Below, one piece after another: positions 62,186 to 64,000 of a stretch of DNA of 64,000 nucleotides (positions within the stretch are counted from its first letter, which is position 1; every line of letters starts with the position of its first letter). Source of the stretch: Hormiphora californensis (taxonomy: Eukaryota; Animalia; Ctenophora); contig CM035351.1 of assembly GCA_020137815.1 (NCBI GenBank), forward strand, positions 8,680,001-8,744,000, written 5' to 3'. A model generated the notes under the pieces. The model worked only from the letters and a program-made list of their open reading frames with translations. It did not search any database and was not told where the DNA came from. A program made the position numbers and the translations under genes.

Positions 62186-64000
<1,815 letters not shown>

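Overview
Eukaryotic (animal) genomic DNA with compact GT-AG introns, long (GA/CT)n microsatellites and scattered 1-2 bp indels inside exons that look like long-read assembly errors. It is most likely a cydippid ctenophore (Pleurobrachia/Hormiphora group), inferred from a 44-nt stretch matching the ctenophore spliced leader as I remember it and from genes nested in introns. Genes in order: 3' part of a NUAK/AMPK-related kinase (+), a LURP-one/Tubby-C-like protein (-), a 17-exon NEK9 (-) hosting two antisense nested genes (a secreted 4x tandem-domain protein and an intronless GPCR), a 4-domain F-type lectin (+), an ORF1-only LINE derivative, a secreted beta-domain + sushi protein (-), a permuted papain-fold (PPPDE/LRAT-like) protein (+), a decayed Merlin transposase, a second GPCR (+), a TGF-beta ligand (+), a CHST-type sulfotransferase (-) and the 3' part of METTL14 (-). 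There are many fold-back/MITE elements. Two top candidates for new biology: (1) a non-autonomous ORF1-only retroelement at 36803-38045 whose genomic copy starts with a complete spliced leader, so it could regenerate its 5' end by trans-splicing without its own promoter; (2) a 7.75-kb TIR+TSD-bounded Pack-type element at 15880-23628 that carried a whole multi-exon gene into an otherwise ~140-bp NEK9 intron.
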